This document shows positions 1 to 9,649 of a stretch of 64,000 nt of DNA, piece after piece. The stretch is taken from NCBI GenBank assembly GCA_963828735.1, contig CAWHFW010000003.1, positions 160,001 through 224,000 on the forward strand. Reading direction: 5' to 3'. Numbering within the stretch: the stretch's first letter is position 1; every line of letters starts with the position of its first letter. The translations under genes and the position numbers were made by a program. The DNA is from an uncultured Gemmatimonadales bacterium (GTDB lineage: Bacteria; Gemmatimonadota; Gemmatimonadetes; Gemmatimonadales; GWC2-71-9). The notes under the pieces are model-generated. The model was not told the DNA's origin. It was given only the letters and a program-made list of their open reading frames with translations, and did no database searches.

Positions 1-1
1 T

Positions 2-448
2 GCGGCGGCCAAGCAGTTCGGGCAGGCGCTCGACCTGGTCGAGAAGTCGAGCCTCTCGGACGAGGTGAAGCAGGACACCCGGCTCGCCGACCACTACAAC
101 AAAGGGCGCGTGGCGCTCGCCAAGGGCGATATCGCGACGGCCAAGACCGAGTCCAGGGTGTACGCGGACGGCGCCGCCGCACGGCAGAACAGCTTCCGCG
201 TGAAGCAGGCGCACGAGCTCGAGGGCCAGATCGCGCTCGCGGAGAAGGGATACGACGAGGCGATCAAGCACTTCGGTCAGGCCAACCAGCAGGACCCGCA
301 GGTGACTTACCTGACCGCGCTGGCCTACAAGGGAAAGGGTGATTCGGCCAAGGCGAAGGAGCTCGCGGGATGGGCGGCGAACGCGAACGTGCTGCCGCTC
401 GCGTCCTACGCGTTCATCCGCGACAAGGCGAAGAAGCTGGCGGCCTAG
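2..448 (+). CDS. Tetratricopeptide-repeat protein, C-terminal part (5' end outside window)
   Basis: Frame is open from base 2 (AAAKQFGQALDLVEK...) to TAG at 446-448; helical TPR-like pattern (EGQIALAEKGYDEAIKHF, YLTALAYKGKGD). Confidence 0.65.
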   Translation, partial: AAAKQFGQALDLVEKSSLSDEVKQDTRLADHYNKGRVALAKGDIATAKTESRVYADGAAARQNSFRVKQAHELEGQIALAEKGYDEAIKHFGQANQQDPQVTYLTALAYKGKGDSAKAKELAGWAANANVLPLASYAFIRDKAKKLAA

Positions 449-479
449 ACGGCGACGGCGTTCTTCGCGGAGGCAAACA

Positions 480-511
480 GGAGAAGGGATGCCCGCGGGC
501 ATGCCTTCTCC
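480..511 (+). terminator. Stem-loop after the TPR gene
   Basis: GGAGAAGG-G-ATGCCC-GC-GGGCAT-G-CCTTCTCC inverted repeat; weak U-tract. Confidence 0.45.
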
Positions 512-541
512 GCTTCGGCTGGTGCGGACGCATCTCGACCC

Positions 542-600
542 TTGACGCCGTTCCACCTTGTTACTACGATATATCGGCAGCTATATCGCCCGACATATCG
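542..600 (+). promoter_or_regulatory. sigma70-type promoter overlapped by three 12-bp-spaced CGATATATCG-like operator boxes
   Basis: TTGACG(542-547)-17 nt-TACGAT(565-570); boxes CGATATATCG 567-576, AGCTATATCG 579-588, CGACATATCG 591-600. Confidence 0.65.
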
Positions 601-620
601 TACACCGAGTGGAGGCGTCT

Positions 621-1193
621 ATGTGTAGTCAGCGCAGCGGTTTCGACTTCGGCGCCGGGTTCCCCTTCTGGGGACGTGGCTGGGGTGAGTGGGGCCCCCG
701 ACGAGGCCGAGGCCGCAGGCCGATGTTCGAGGCAGGCGAGATCAAGTTCGTCATCCTCCGGCTCCTCAAGGAGAAGCCGCGCCACGGATACGAGATCATC
801 AAAGCGCTCGAGGAGCGTATGGGCGGCTGCTACACGCCCTCGCCGGGCACCGTCTACCCGACACTGCAGATGCTCGAGGATCAGGGCTACGTCCGTGGCG
901 CCGCCGATGCCGCTGGCAAGAAGGTCTACGAGATCACGCCGGAGGGCGAGCGGTATCTCGAAGAGCATCGCGATCTGCTGGACGAGATCGTGGATCGGGT
1001 GCGCGAGACCGTCCGCGACTTCACCGGCGGCGCCATCGGTGAGCTGCAGGGGGAGTTTGCGCGACTCGCCAGGGGCACCTTCCGGCATGCCTGGCGTCGC
1101 GGGCCCGAGGATCCCGCCGTCAAGCGTGTCGCCGAGATCCTGAAGCGCGCCGCCGACGAGGTCGAACAGGCGTGGCAGACTTCAACACTATAG
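621..1193 (+). CDS. PadR-family transcriptional regulator (YqjI-like)
   Basis: ILRLLKEKPRHGYEIIK...YTPSPGTVYPTLQMLEDQGYV...KKVYEITPEG; GGAGG RBS before ATG 621. Confidence 0.93.
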   Translation: MCSQRSGFDFGAGFPFWGRGWGEWGPRRGRGRRPMFEAGEIKFVILRLLKEKPRHGYEIIKALEERMGGCYTPSPGTVYPTLQMLEDQGYVRGAADAAGKKVYEITPEGERYLEEHRDLLDEIVDRVRETVRDFTGGAIGELQGEFARLARGTFRHAWRRGPEDPAVKRVAEILKRAADEVEQAWQTSTL

Positions 1194-1203
1194 GGTAACT
1201 CCG

Positions 1204-1443
1204 ATGTGGTACCACATGTGGTGGTGGTTCATCCCGCTGATGTTCTTCCTGGCCGCGCGTGGCGGGCGCCGGCGCTACTACCGGGAGCGCGGGCGGGGCG
1301 GCGAGCAGGTGGCGGACCTACGACGCACCGTCCAGAGCCAGGGCGACTATATCGAGCAGCTCGAGACTCGGCTGGGCCGGGTGGAAGAGGGGTTGGACTT
1401 CGCCGAGCGGCTCCTGGCGGAGCGGTCGAGCCCGGCGCGCTGA
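1204..1443 (+). CDS. Small membrane protein with N-terminal hydrophobic helix and C-terminal coiled coil (PspB-like layout)
   Basis: Trp-rich N-terminus followed by IEQLETRLGRVEEGLDFAERLL; starts 10 nt after the padR stop. Confidence 0.65.
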   Translation: MWYHMWWWFIPLMFFLAARGGRRRYYRERGRGGEQVADLRRTVQSQGDYIEQLETRLGRVEEGLDFAERLLAERSSPAR

Positions 1444-1467
1444 TCGGCGGTGCTGTGCGCCGGCCGA

Positions 1468-1749
1468 TCAGCTCGGATGGACCGCCGGCTCGAAGAACAG
1501 CTCATCCACGTAGCACCAGCTCCAGTCCTCGCCGGGCTCGAAGCTTCGCATGATGGCGTGCCGCGAGGCGTGGAAGTGTTTGGTGGCGTGCTTGCCGGGT
1601 GAGTTGTCACAGCACCCGACATGGCCGCACTCCTGACACAACCGTAGATGGACCCACCGGCCACCGGTGGCAAGGCACTCTTCGCAGCCGGCCGGCGTGT
1701 TTGGCTGAACATTGCGCACCTCGGCGAGATGCGGGCAGCGCACTGGCAT
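1468..1749 (-). CDS. UBP-type zinc finger protein
   Basis: CPHL...CEEC...WVHLRLCQECGHVGCCDNSPGKHATKHF...EPGEDWSWCYVD; GAGGAG RBS upstream of ATG 1749. Confidence 0.92.
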   Translation of the reverse strand: MPVRCPHLAEVRNVQPNTPAGCEECLATGGRWVHLRLCQECGHVGCCDNSPGKHATKHFHASRHAIMRSFEPGEDWSWCYVDELFFEPAVHPS

Positions 1750-1900
1750 AGATCGCTCCTCCTCGGAGTTGGCCCGACCCTCCTGGAACATAGCCAGGGC
1801 GCGACACGATGCATCCTGTCCGACCTGGTCCCGCGCTGTAGATTGTGCCCGACCTTCGGGACGGTCCCGTGGCCGTACGCTATGCTCGCGGAGGTGGCCG

Positions 1901-3553
1901 TTGAAAATCCCCATCCTTGTCTCTCATCTCGCGCTCGGCCTCGGCATCGCGGTCGCCTCGACCAGGCCGCTCGCGGGGCAGGACCACGAGCACCAGCACG
2001 CCGTCGGCCAGCTCGGCCGGGTGGTGTTCCCCGTCTCGTGCACGGCCAAGGCGCGCCAGGGATTCGAGCACGCCATGGCGGTGCTGCACTCGTTCTGGTG
2101 GGAGGAAGGCGAGCGGGCGTTCGGAGCCGTGCTCGCGGCCGACAGCTCCTGCGCGATGGCGTACTGGGGCCTCGCGCTCAACGCCTGGGGCAATCCGTTC
2201 GCGGGCGGCCCGTCAGGCCCCGCGCTGGCCAAGGGCGTGGCTGCGGCGGAGCGGGGCGCGTCGCTGCCGGCCCCCACGCCGAGAGAGCGCGGATTCATCG
2301 CCGCCACGACCGCGCTCTACCGCGACACGGACACGACACCCAATGCGGCCCGGCTCCAGGCGTACGCCGACACCATGAAGCGCCTGTATCGGGACTTCCC
2401 GGGCGACGTGGAGGTCGCGATCTACCACGCACTGGCCGAGCTCGCCACGGCACCGCGCACCGACACCACCTTCGCCCAGCAGCGCCGGGCGATCGCCATT
2501 CTGGATCCGCTCTTCGCGCGCTATCCCGATCATCCGGGCCTCGCCCACTACGTGATCCATGCGACGGACAGCCCTCGGCTCGCGTCGCTCGGGCTGGACG
2601 CGGCGCGACGGTACGCGCAGATCGCGCCGGCGGCGCCACACGCGCAGCACATGCCGTCGCACATCTTCGTGCGCCTCGGCCTGTGGGATGAGACCATTGC
2701 CGCCAATTGGCGATCGTACCGGGCGGGCTCGACCTACGCGAAGAGCATCGGCCTCCCGGGCGGCACGCCGGAGGAGCTGCACGCGCTCGACTACGCGGTC
2801 TATGCCTACCTCCAGCGCGGCGAGGATTCGGCCGCACGCGCCGCGGTCGCGAAGGTGGCCCACACCCTGACGACGAGCGCCCGCGGGATCATCGCTTCGT
2901 ACAACCGGACGGCCATGGCGGCCCGGATCCCGCTCGAGCGGGGCGACTGGGCCGCGGCCGCAAAGTTTCCACGGCCTCCCGACTCGCTCGCCCCGATCGC
3001 GAGCGCCCTCGCCCGCTTCACTCGCGCCATCGGGAGTGCCCGAACGGGCCAGGTGGCGTCCGCCCGTGATGAGGTCGCCGCGCTCGACTCGATCGCGAGA
3101 ATGCTGGACGCGAAGGGCGAGCCGTACTGGGCGCGGGTCGTCCACATCAAGCACGACGCGGCGGAGGCGTGGACCCGGCTCGCGGCGGGCGACTCCTCCG
3201 GCGCGCTGGCGCTCGCCACGGCGGCCGCCGACAGCGAGGAGGTGACGGACAAGCATCCCGTGACTCCGGCCGAGTTGCTCCCGGCGCGAGAGCTCGAGGG
3301 CGACATGCTGCTGGTGCTTGGACATCCGGCGGAGGCGCGGGTCGTCTACCTCGCCACGCTCAGGCGCGAGACGGGCCGCGCGCGCAGCACCTACGGCGCC
3401 GCACGGGCCGCGGAGCTCGCCGGCGACGATAGCGCGGCCGCCGCTGGATACCGCGAGCTGCTCGAGCTCATGGCCAGGGCGGATGCGGGACGATCGGAGG
3501 TCGCGGCGGCCAAGGCGTATCTGAAGACGAGGAAGGTGACGGGAACTCGTTGA
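1901..3553 (+). CDS. Secreted TPR-like protein
   Basis: TTG start with GGAGGT RBS, signal peptide, LGRVVFPVSC, LHSFWWE, HPGLAHYVIHA, PHAQHMPSHIF motifs. Confidence 0.8.
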   Translation: MKIPILVSHLALGLGIAVASTRPLAGQDHEHQHAVGQLGRVVFPVSCTAKARQGFEHAMAVLHSFWWEEGERAFGAVLAADSSCAMAYWGLALNAWGNPFAGGPSGPALAKGVAAAERGASLPAPTPRERGFIAATTALYRDTDTTPNAARLQAYADTMKRLYRDFPGDVEVAIYHALAELATAPRTDTTFAQQRRAIAILDPLFARYPDHPGLAHYVIHATDSPRLASLGLDAARRYAQIAPAAPHAQHMPSHIFVRLGLWDETIAANWRSYRAGSTYAKSIGLPGGTPEELHALDYAVYAYLQRGEDSAARAAVAKVAHTLTTSARGIIASYNRTAMAARIPLERGDWAAAAKFPRPPDSLAPIASALARFTRAIGSARTGQVASARDEVAALDSIARMLDAKGEPYWARVVHIKHDAAEAWTRLAAGDSSGALALATAAADSEEVTDKHPVTPAELLPARELEGDMLLVLGHPAEARVVYLATLRRETGRARSTYGAARAAELAGDDSAAAAGYRELLELMARADAGRSEVAAAKAYLKTRKVTGTR

Positions 3554-3577
3554 GCTGCACCCGCTAGCCAGATATGG

Positions 3578-4207
3578 GTGGTCCTGCCCATCTTGCAGGC
3601 ACCCTCCCATGCGTCTACGCACACGCCCCTCGGCCCGAGCGTCGTGACCACGGCCTACCTGGAGTGCCCGGAATGCGGCAAGCGGGCGCTGAGCGTCGCG
3701 ACCCGCTGTCCGCACTGCGGCTTCAACTTTCCTCCTCGGCCCCTGCACCGGCCGGCGGAGGTGCCGCCGGTCGGCCGCTCCTGGACGGCGATCACGGTGG
3801 GCGGGGCCGTGGCGGCGATTGCGCTCATCGCGCTGCTGGCGCGTCGCACACCCAACCAGTCGACCCAAGTTCGAGGCGCTTCGCCGGCCCACGATTCCGT
3901 GAGCGCGGTGGAGCCGATGCCGACGCCGACGCCGACCCCACCACCGACGCACGACACCCTCCCCCCGCCTCCGAAGCCGGCTGTCCCCTCCACCGCCCCG
4001 AGCACGTCCGGGATTCGCCGTTATGCCCATACGTGGGTCAACGTCCGAAGCGAGCGCAATCGCTCGGCTCCGCCCGTCGCGGTGCTCAATCCCGGCGACT
4101 CGGTCCTCGTCGATTCGCTGGTTCGTGGATGGTACCGTGTACTCGTCGACGGCCGGACCGTCGGGTACGCATCCCGTTCCCTGCTCGAGGCCACGCCGCC
4201 CGAATGA
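3578..4207 (+). CDS. Zinc-ribbon / TM / Pro-rich linker / bacterial SH3-domain protein (start uncertain)
   Basis: CPECG...CPHCG, hydrophobic helix, PTPTPTPPP, WVNVRSER...VLNPGDSV...GWYRV...GY. Confidence 0.75.
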   Translation: MVLPILQAPSHASTHTPLGPSVVTTAYLECPECGKRALSVATRCPHCGFNFPPRPLHRPAEVPPVGRSWTAITVGGAVAAIALIALLARRTPNQSTQVRGASPAHDSVSAVEPMPTPTPTPPPTHDTLPPPPKPAVPSTAPSTSGIRRYAHTWVNVRSERNRSAPPVAVLNPGDSVLVDSLVRGWYRVLVDGRTVGYASRSLLEATPPE

Positions 4208-5109
4208 CGTCGATGTCTCGCCGCGACCTGCTCCGAACGGTTGCCACCGGGATGGTGACGCTGATGCTCCCACCGCCGCTCCTGGCATGCCGTCGAGGCG
4301 ACCCTGACGAAGTCCGCCTCGACGCCTGGACCGTGACGCTTCGCAACCAACGACTGGCAGTGCGGGACGTGCCCATCGGCCGTGCAGCGGTGCGGGTCGG
4401 GGAGGAGGCCGCGGGCACCCCGTATCGGGCCGGGGCTCTCGAGGCCTATCTGCGCGCCGGCGGAAGTCCCGCGAGCGAGCCGCTCACGGTGTCACTCACC
4501 CAGTTCGATTGTGTGACCCTGGTGGAGTCCTGCCTGGGGGTGGCCCGAGTGGCGGCGAACGGCGCGGCGCCGAGCTGGGAAGGCTTCGGCCGCCAGATCG
4601 AGCGCATGCGGTACCGCGGTGGCGAGCGCCGGGGCTACACGTCTCGATTGCACTACTTCAGCGAGTGGATCAGCGATGGTGCCCGGCGGGGACTAGTTCG
4701 GGATCTGGGCGCCGAGCTGGGAGGGGCCGAGGATAGGCGGCCACTCCGGTTCATGAGCGAGCATCGGGCCAGCTACCCTGCCCTGCGCGATGACGCGGCG
4801 TTCGCCGAGATCGCGTCGATCGAGCGTGGGCTCGACGCACGACCGAGGCTCGTGGTGCCCACGAAGCGGATTCCGCAGGTGGTGGACCGGCTGGAGAGTG
4901 GGGACGTGCTGGCGTTCGCCACGGACATCGCAGGCCTCGACGTCACCCATGCGGCCTTCGCGTACCGTGGCGACGATCGCGTGCTCCGGGTGCTTCATGC
5001 ACCGCTGTCGGGCGGCGTCGTCGAGGTCACCCACCGGACCCTTCCCGAGTACGTGGCCGCGATCCGGCGGGCAACGGGGATTCTCGTGGCAAGGCCCGCC
5101 TGGGGATAA
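4204..5109 (+). CDS. DUF1460-family (NlpC/P60-like) peptidoglycan amidase with Tat signal
   Basis: SRRDLL twin-Arg motif; GTPY, FDCVTLVE, RLHYFSEW, GLDVTH, LHA; ATGA overlap with the SH3 gene. Confidence 0.85.
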   Translation: MTSMSRRDLLRTVATGMVTLMLPPPLLACRRGDPDEVRLDAWTVTLRNQRLAVRDVPIGRAAVRVGEEAAGTPYRAGALEAYLRAGGSPASEPLTVSLTQFDCVTLVESCLGVARVAANGAAPSWEGFGRQIERMRYRGGERRGYTSRLHYFSEWISDGARRGLVRDLGAELGGAEDRRPLRFMSEHRASYPALRDDAAFAEIASIERGLDARPRLVVPTKRIPQVVDRLESGDVLAFATDIAGLDVTHAAFAYRGDDRVLRVLHAPLSGGVVEVTHRTLPEYVAAIRRATGILVARPAWG

Positions 5110-5140
5110 GCCGGCCCGCGTCCGGTTCAGCCTGCCCGCA

Positions 5141-5818
5141 TCACCATCTGCCGATCCCATGCGTGCCACACCACTGGACAATCCCGTCCACCAGCTCGTC
5201 CAGCACCTCCGCATTGCTGCGCCCCGAGCGCTTGAGCACCTCGAACGAGTGGTTCCCACCCTCGACCACGTGGAGTGTGGCCAGTGGCCCGAGCTGCCCG
5301 CAGACACTCGTGATGAGATCGAGCGCTGCCAGGTCGTCGCGCGTTCCCTGAAGAAAGAGCATCGGCAGCTCGACGAGCGCGAGATGTTCGGCGCGGCCCA
5401 CACCAGGCTGCTTCGGCGGATGCAGAGGGAAGCCGAGGAAGACCAGTCCGGCCACTCGGGGCAACGGCGCGCGGGCCTGCGCACCCGAGGTCATGCGCCC
5501 GCCCATCGACTTCCCTCCGGCAATGAGCGGGAGTTCCGGCGCGACCTCGGCCGCGGTCGCCACGGCGGCGCGGACCGTGGCCTCGAGCACGGCCGGCGCG
5601 TCGGGGCGCCGCCCGCCGGCCTCGGTGTATGGGAACTGGAAGCGCAGGGTGGCGACGCCGCGGGCAGCGAGCAGGCCGGCGATCGCCTCCATGAACCGGT
5701 GCCGCATGCCGGCCCCGGCGCCGTGGGCCAGCACATAGAGCACCCGGGCGTCCCCGGGACGGGTGAGGATCCCGGAGACGCGCCCGATGCGATCGCTGAC
5801 GGCGATGTCGAGGTTCAT
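5141..5818 (-). CDS. Alpha/beta hydrolase (KANL3/Tex30-like)
   Basis: LAHGAGAGM, GGKSMGGR, LGFPLHPP, QGTRD, GGNHSF. Confidence 0.85.
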   Translation of the reverse strand: MNLDIAVSDRIGRVSGILTRPGDARVLYVLAHGAGAGMRHRFMEAIAGLLAARGVATLRFQFPYTEAGGRRPDAPAVLEATVRAAVATAAEVAPELPLIAGGKSMGGRMTSGAQARAPLPRVAGLVFLGFPLHPPKQPGVGRAEHLALVELPMLFLQGTRDDLAALDLITSVCGQLGPLATLHVVEGGNHSFEVLKRSGRSNAEVLDELVDGIVQWCGTHGIGRW

Positions 5819-5837
5819 GGACGGCCGAGCCGTGTCG

Positions 5838-8450
5838 TCAGGCCAACTCCTCCTGCAATCGTCCGAGTGCATAGCCCAGATCCGGCACCAGCTCCACCAC
5901 CTCCGCCAACGGGTCCGTCTTCAGCTTCTTCATCCGTTCCGGAACCGTGACCATCGTGTGCCGGCGGATATCCAGCTTCCGGTTGACCTCGCGCCATGCG
6001 AGCGGCGTGGACACCGGTGCGCCCAGCAGCGGCCGCACGCAGAACGGCGAGACGAGCAGCTTGCCGGACCCGTTCTGCAGATAATCGATGTAGACCCGGC
6101 CATCCCGCCGCGAAACCTGCCGGGTGATCGTGGCGATCTCGGGCAGCCGCCCGACCAGGCAGCGCGCCAGCAGCTCGCCCAGCGAGCGTGACTGTTCGTG
6201 CGTGCATTGGCGTCCGAGCGGAACCAGCAGGTGCAGGCCGGACGAACCGCTCGTCTTCACGTACAACGGGAGCTCGATGCGATCGCACAGGGCGCGCGCC
6301 TCGAGCGCCACGTCGACCACCTGGGTGAACGGCGCTCCCTTGGGATCGAGATCGAGCACGCACCAATCCGGGCGCTCGAGCGTGGGCGCTCGGCTGGCCC
6401 AGAGGTGAAGCGGGATCGAGCCCAGGTTGATGACGTACAGCAGTGAGGCCAGGTCGTCGCAGACGAAGTAGTCGATCTCGCGCTGCGTGTCCTCGCTCCA
6501 CATGCGCTCGGTGCGGATCCAATCCGGCGCGAAGCCCGGCGCGTCCTTCTGGAAGAAGGACTTGCCGCCGATCCCGTCCGGAAACCGCGTCATCACCAGT
6601 GGCCGATGTCTGAGATACGGCAGGAGCCACGGCGCGATCGCGCGGTAGTAGGCGACGAGGTCTCCCTTGGTGAACCCGTCGTCGGGCCAGAAGACCTTCT
6701 TGAGGTTCGTGAGCTCGAACGGGAGCTCGTCGCCATCGCGTGCCGGGCCTTTCTTCGCATGCTTACCCGGCACCTGGACCTTGCCGTCCGCCCCGGCCAC
6801 CGCGTCCATCCGGCGGCCATCGCCTGTGCTCCTCGCGTCGTCCGGCCCGGCGCCATTGCGATCGTCCGACCGCCCGACCTTCCGAGCGCGCCTGATACAC
6901 TCTTCCGGCCCCTTGTCGTCGCGGAACCTCAAGAACACCGGCTGCCGCAGCAACCCTTCCTCCGTCCATTCGGTGTACTCGACCTCGCATACGAGACGGG
7001 GCTCCACCCACGTCGTCCCCTTTTCCTTCGGCACCGGCCCGACGCACGGCGGATCGGCGCGGCGATCGTGCTCGAGCGAGCGGGTGACCTCGCCGAGCTG
7101 CTTCTCGGTGAAGCCGGTGCCGACCCGCCCGGAATAGGTCAGGGTGCCATCCACGTATTCGGCCAGGTGGAGCGCGCCGAACCCGCCCCGGGAGCCCTTC
7201 GGGGCCGTCGAGCCGACCACCACGAAATCACCGGTGAGGCGGGAGCGGATCTTGAGCCACACGGACGACCGCCCCGCCTTGTAGGGCGCGGTCGCCTTCT
7301 TCGCCACGACGCCCTCGAGTCCCAGCCGCTCAGCTTCACGGTAGAGCGCCTCGCCGTCATCCTCGACATGTTCCAGATAGCGGAGGGCGCCGAGGGACGG
7401 CAGGACGCGCTGGAGCAGGCGTTTGCGCTCGGTGAGCGGCAGCGGACGGAGATCGAAGTCCTCGAACCCGAGCAGATCGAACGCGTAGTAGATGACGGGG
7501 TTCCGGACAGCGGCGTGCCGGATGTCGATCGGCCGCCGCAGACGGGCACGGCCTTGCAGGCGTTGAAAGCTGGGAATGCCGTGGTCGTCCAGCGCAACGA
7601 CCTCGCCATCGAGCACCAGGCGATCGAACGGGAGCGCCGCGACCGCGCGCGCCACCTCGGGAAACGCCTCGGCACACTCGTTCCCATTCCGGGTGAAGAG
7701 TCGTGGCTCGCCGCTCCGCCGTGCGGCGAGGACACGGTAACCGTCGAGCTTGGGCTCGAACAGCCAACCCGCCCGGGAGAACGCCCGGTCCGCGGTCTCC
7801 GCGAGCATCGGACTCGCCGATTTCGCCTCGACCGGACGGCGCGGTGCGCCGAGCTTCGAGAGCTCGGCGCGGATGGCCTCGCCGCAGTCGCGTCCCGCCT
7901 CCAGATCCTCGACCGTGAGCCCCGACAGCACCGACTCGGCCGGAGTCACCCGGTCGGTCGAAGCCCAGCCGTCGCGCTCCTTGATGAGGAGCCACTCCTT
8001 CTGACCCTTCTTGATCTTCACCAGGGTCCAAAGGCCGTGCAGCTTGTAGCCCTTGAGCTCGAACAGCAGCTTCCCCTTTTCGAGCCCCTCCAGCGGATCG
8101 CCGATCGGCACCCATTCGCCACGGTCCCAGACGATCACGGCACCGGCACCGTAGTTGCCTTCGGGAATGAGTCCCTCGAAATCGCCGTACTCGATCGGGT
8201 GATCCTCGACGTGCACCGCCAGCCGCTTATCGGCCGTGTCATAGGACGGCCCCTTCGGCACGGCCCACGAGCGAAGCACGCCTTCCATCTCCAGGCGGAG
8301 ATCCCAATGCAGCCGGGTGGCGGCGTGCATGTGCACCACGAAGAGCTGGCCGGATGCCGGGGCCACGGCGCCCGCGGGCTCGGGCGTGCGCTCGAGCGAA
8401 CGCTTGGCGCGGTAGGCGGCGAGATGGTCGGGCGAGGACGGTCGGGGCAT
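5838..8450 (-). CDS. ligD: DNA ligase D (phosphoesterase + ATP-dependent ligase + polymerase domains)
   Basis: YRAKR..TPEP, HAATRLHWDLRLE, SWAVPKGPS; FEPKLDGYR, EGVVAKK; TKGDLVAYY, FFQK, LDLDP, KTSGSSGLH, YIDYLQN. Confidence 0.97.
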   Translation of the reverse strand: MPRPSSPDHLAAYRAKRSLERTPEPAGAVAPASGQLFVVHMHAATRLHWDLRLEMEGVLRSWAVPKGPSYDTADKRLAVHVEDHPIEYGDFEGLIPEGNYGAGAVIVWDRGEWVPIGDPLEGLEKGKLLFELKGYKLHGLWTLVKIKKGQKEWLLIKERDGWASTDRVTPAESVLSGLTVEDLEAGRDCGEAIRAELSKLGAPRRPVEAKSASPMLAETADRAFSRAGWLFEPKLDGYRVLAARRSGEPRLFTRNGNECAEAFPEVARAVAALPFDRLVLDGEVVALDDHGIPSFQRLQGRARLRRPIDIRHAAVRNPVIYYAFDLLGFEDFDLRPLPLTERKRLLQRVLPSLGALRYLEHVEDDGEALYREAERLGLEGVVAKKATAPYKAGRSSVWLKIRSRLTGDFVVVGSTAPKGSRGGFGALHLAEYVDGTLTYSGRVGTGFTEKQLGEVTRSLEHDRRADPPCVGPVPKEKGTTWVEPRLVCEVEYTEWTEEGLLRQPVFLRFRDDKGPEECIRRARKVGRSDDRNGAGPDDARSTGDGRRMDAVAGADGKVQVPGKHAKKGPARDGDELPFELTNLKKVFWPDDGFTKGDLVAYYRAIAPWLLPYLRHRPLVMTRFPDGIGGKSFFQKDAPGFAPDWIRTERMWSEDTQREIDYFVCDDLASLLYVINLGSIPLHLWASRAPTLERPDWCVLDLDPKGAPFTQVVDVALEARALCDRIELPLYVKTSGSSGLHLLVPLGRQCTHEQSRSLGELLARCLVGRLPEIATITRQVSRRDGRVYIDYLQNGSGKLLVSPFCVRPLLGAPVSTPLAWREVNRKLDIRRHTMVTVPERMKKLKTDPLAEVVELVPDLGYALGRLQEELA

Positions 8451-8749
8451 GGGAATGGAATCTACGGATTCCGGCGAAGGACACACGTCCGGGGCCGGCC
8501 TGCCGGCTAGGCGAGGGAGGTGCTGCGACGTGCCACTGGCTCGGGCGAACCGACGTCCAGAGGAGTGAGCGGGGAGGCTCGGACGAGGCCTCGGCGCGCC
8601 GAAACAGCCACTAGGTGTCCGTCTAAGTTACTTGGCCGTTACAAGTTAAGTAGCGCTGCAAAATCCTGCATTGTGTACCATGCACCCTCTCCTTGCGGCG
8701 GCCCGATTCTGCCGGTATATCAACTGCCCACACCAAACCGACTGCCTCT

Positions 8750-9616
8750 ATGACTGCCAGATCCATCGGGTCCGCGACGATCTCCTTCGGCCTGGTCTCC
8801 GTCCCGGTCAACCTGTTTTCCTCGAGTGAGTCCGCCGCGAGCATCAGCTTCAACATGCTGCACACCACCTGCGGCTCGCGGCTCAAGCAGCAGTACATCT
8901 GCTCGAAGGAAGGCACGGTGGTCGAGAAGGACGAGGTCGGGAAGGGCTACGAGTTCTCCAAGGGCCAGTACGTCCGCTTCTCGGCCGACGAGATCAAGGC
9001 CCTGGACGAGAAGGCGACCAACGCGATCGACATCGCCGAGTTCGTGCCGCTCTCGGCCATAGACCGGATCTACCTCGAAAAGGTCTACTTTCTCGGCCCC
9101 GACAAGGGCGGCGACCGGGCGTACGGGTTGCTGGCCAAGGCGCTCGAAGTGACCGGTCGCGCGGCCCTGGGTCAGTACTCCGCCCGCGGCAAGCAGTATC
9201 TCGTGCTGGTGCGGCCGATGGGCGACCTCCTCGTAATGGAGCAGCTCCACTATCACGCCGAGCTCAGGAGCGCGGACGAGGTGCCGCGGCCGGAAACGCC
9301 GGTGAAAGACGGCGAGCTCGCGCTGGCGCGGCTTCTCATCGAGCAGTCCGCGGTCGACGAGTTCCGTCCCGAGAACTATCGCGACACCGTGCGCGAGCGG
9401 ATACTCGAAGCCATCCAGCAGAAGGTGGACGGCCAGGAGATCACGGCTGAGCCCGAGGCGCCGCAGACCAAGATCATCGACCTGATGGACGCGCTGAAGG
9501 CCAGCCTCGCCAAGCGCGGCGCGACCGCCGAGAAGCAGTCCGATCGAGCGGTCGCGACCAAGGCCGCCAAGGAGATGGAAGCCAAGCCGCGGCGGAAAGC
9601 GAGCGGAGCGCGATAG
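8750..9616 (+). CDS. ku: Ku protein (non-homologous end joining)
   Basis: SATISFGLVSVPVNL, KGYEFSKGQYV, IDIAEFVP, IIDLMDALKASL, basic C-terminal tail; divergent from ligD. Confidence 0.97.
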   Translation: MTARSIGSATISFGLVSVPVNLFSSSESAASISFNMLHTTCGSRLKQQYICSKEGTVVEKDEVGKGYEFSKGQYVRFSADEIKALDEKATNAIDIAEFVPLSAIDRIYLEKVYFLGPDKGGDRAYGLLAKALEVTGRAALGQYSARGKQYLVLVRPMGDLLVMEQLHYHAELRSADEVPRPETPVKDGELALARLLIEQSAVDEFRPENYRDTVRERILEAIQQKVDGQEITAEPEAPQTKIIDLMDALKASLAKRGATAEKQSDRAVATKAAKEMEAKPRRKASGAR

Positions 9617-9649
9617 GCTGCCCGCCGTCTCCGTCCACGCCGATCCCCG

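Noticed and set aside
3574..4203. N-terminal extension of the DUF1460 ORF
   Set aside because: It is an alternative frame of the SH3 gene; the Tat signal marks the real start near 4204.
6606..8510. Long antisense ORFs opposite ligD (likewise 2213-4288, 10469-12262, 14884-16542, 21256-23241, 46388-48307, 60797-62620)
   Set aside because: These are expected shadow ORFs in high-GC DNA opposite well-supported genes.
8624..8670. AT-rich segment between ligD and ku as an IHF or activator site
   Set aside because: It does not match the consensus spacing well enough to call; probably promoter DNA.
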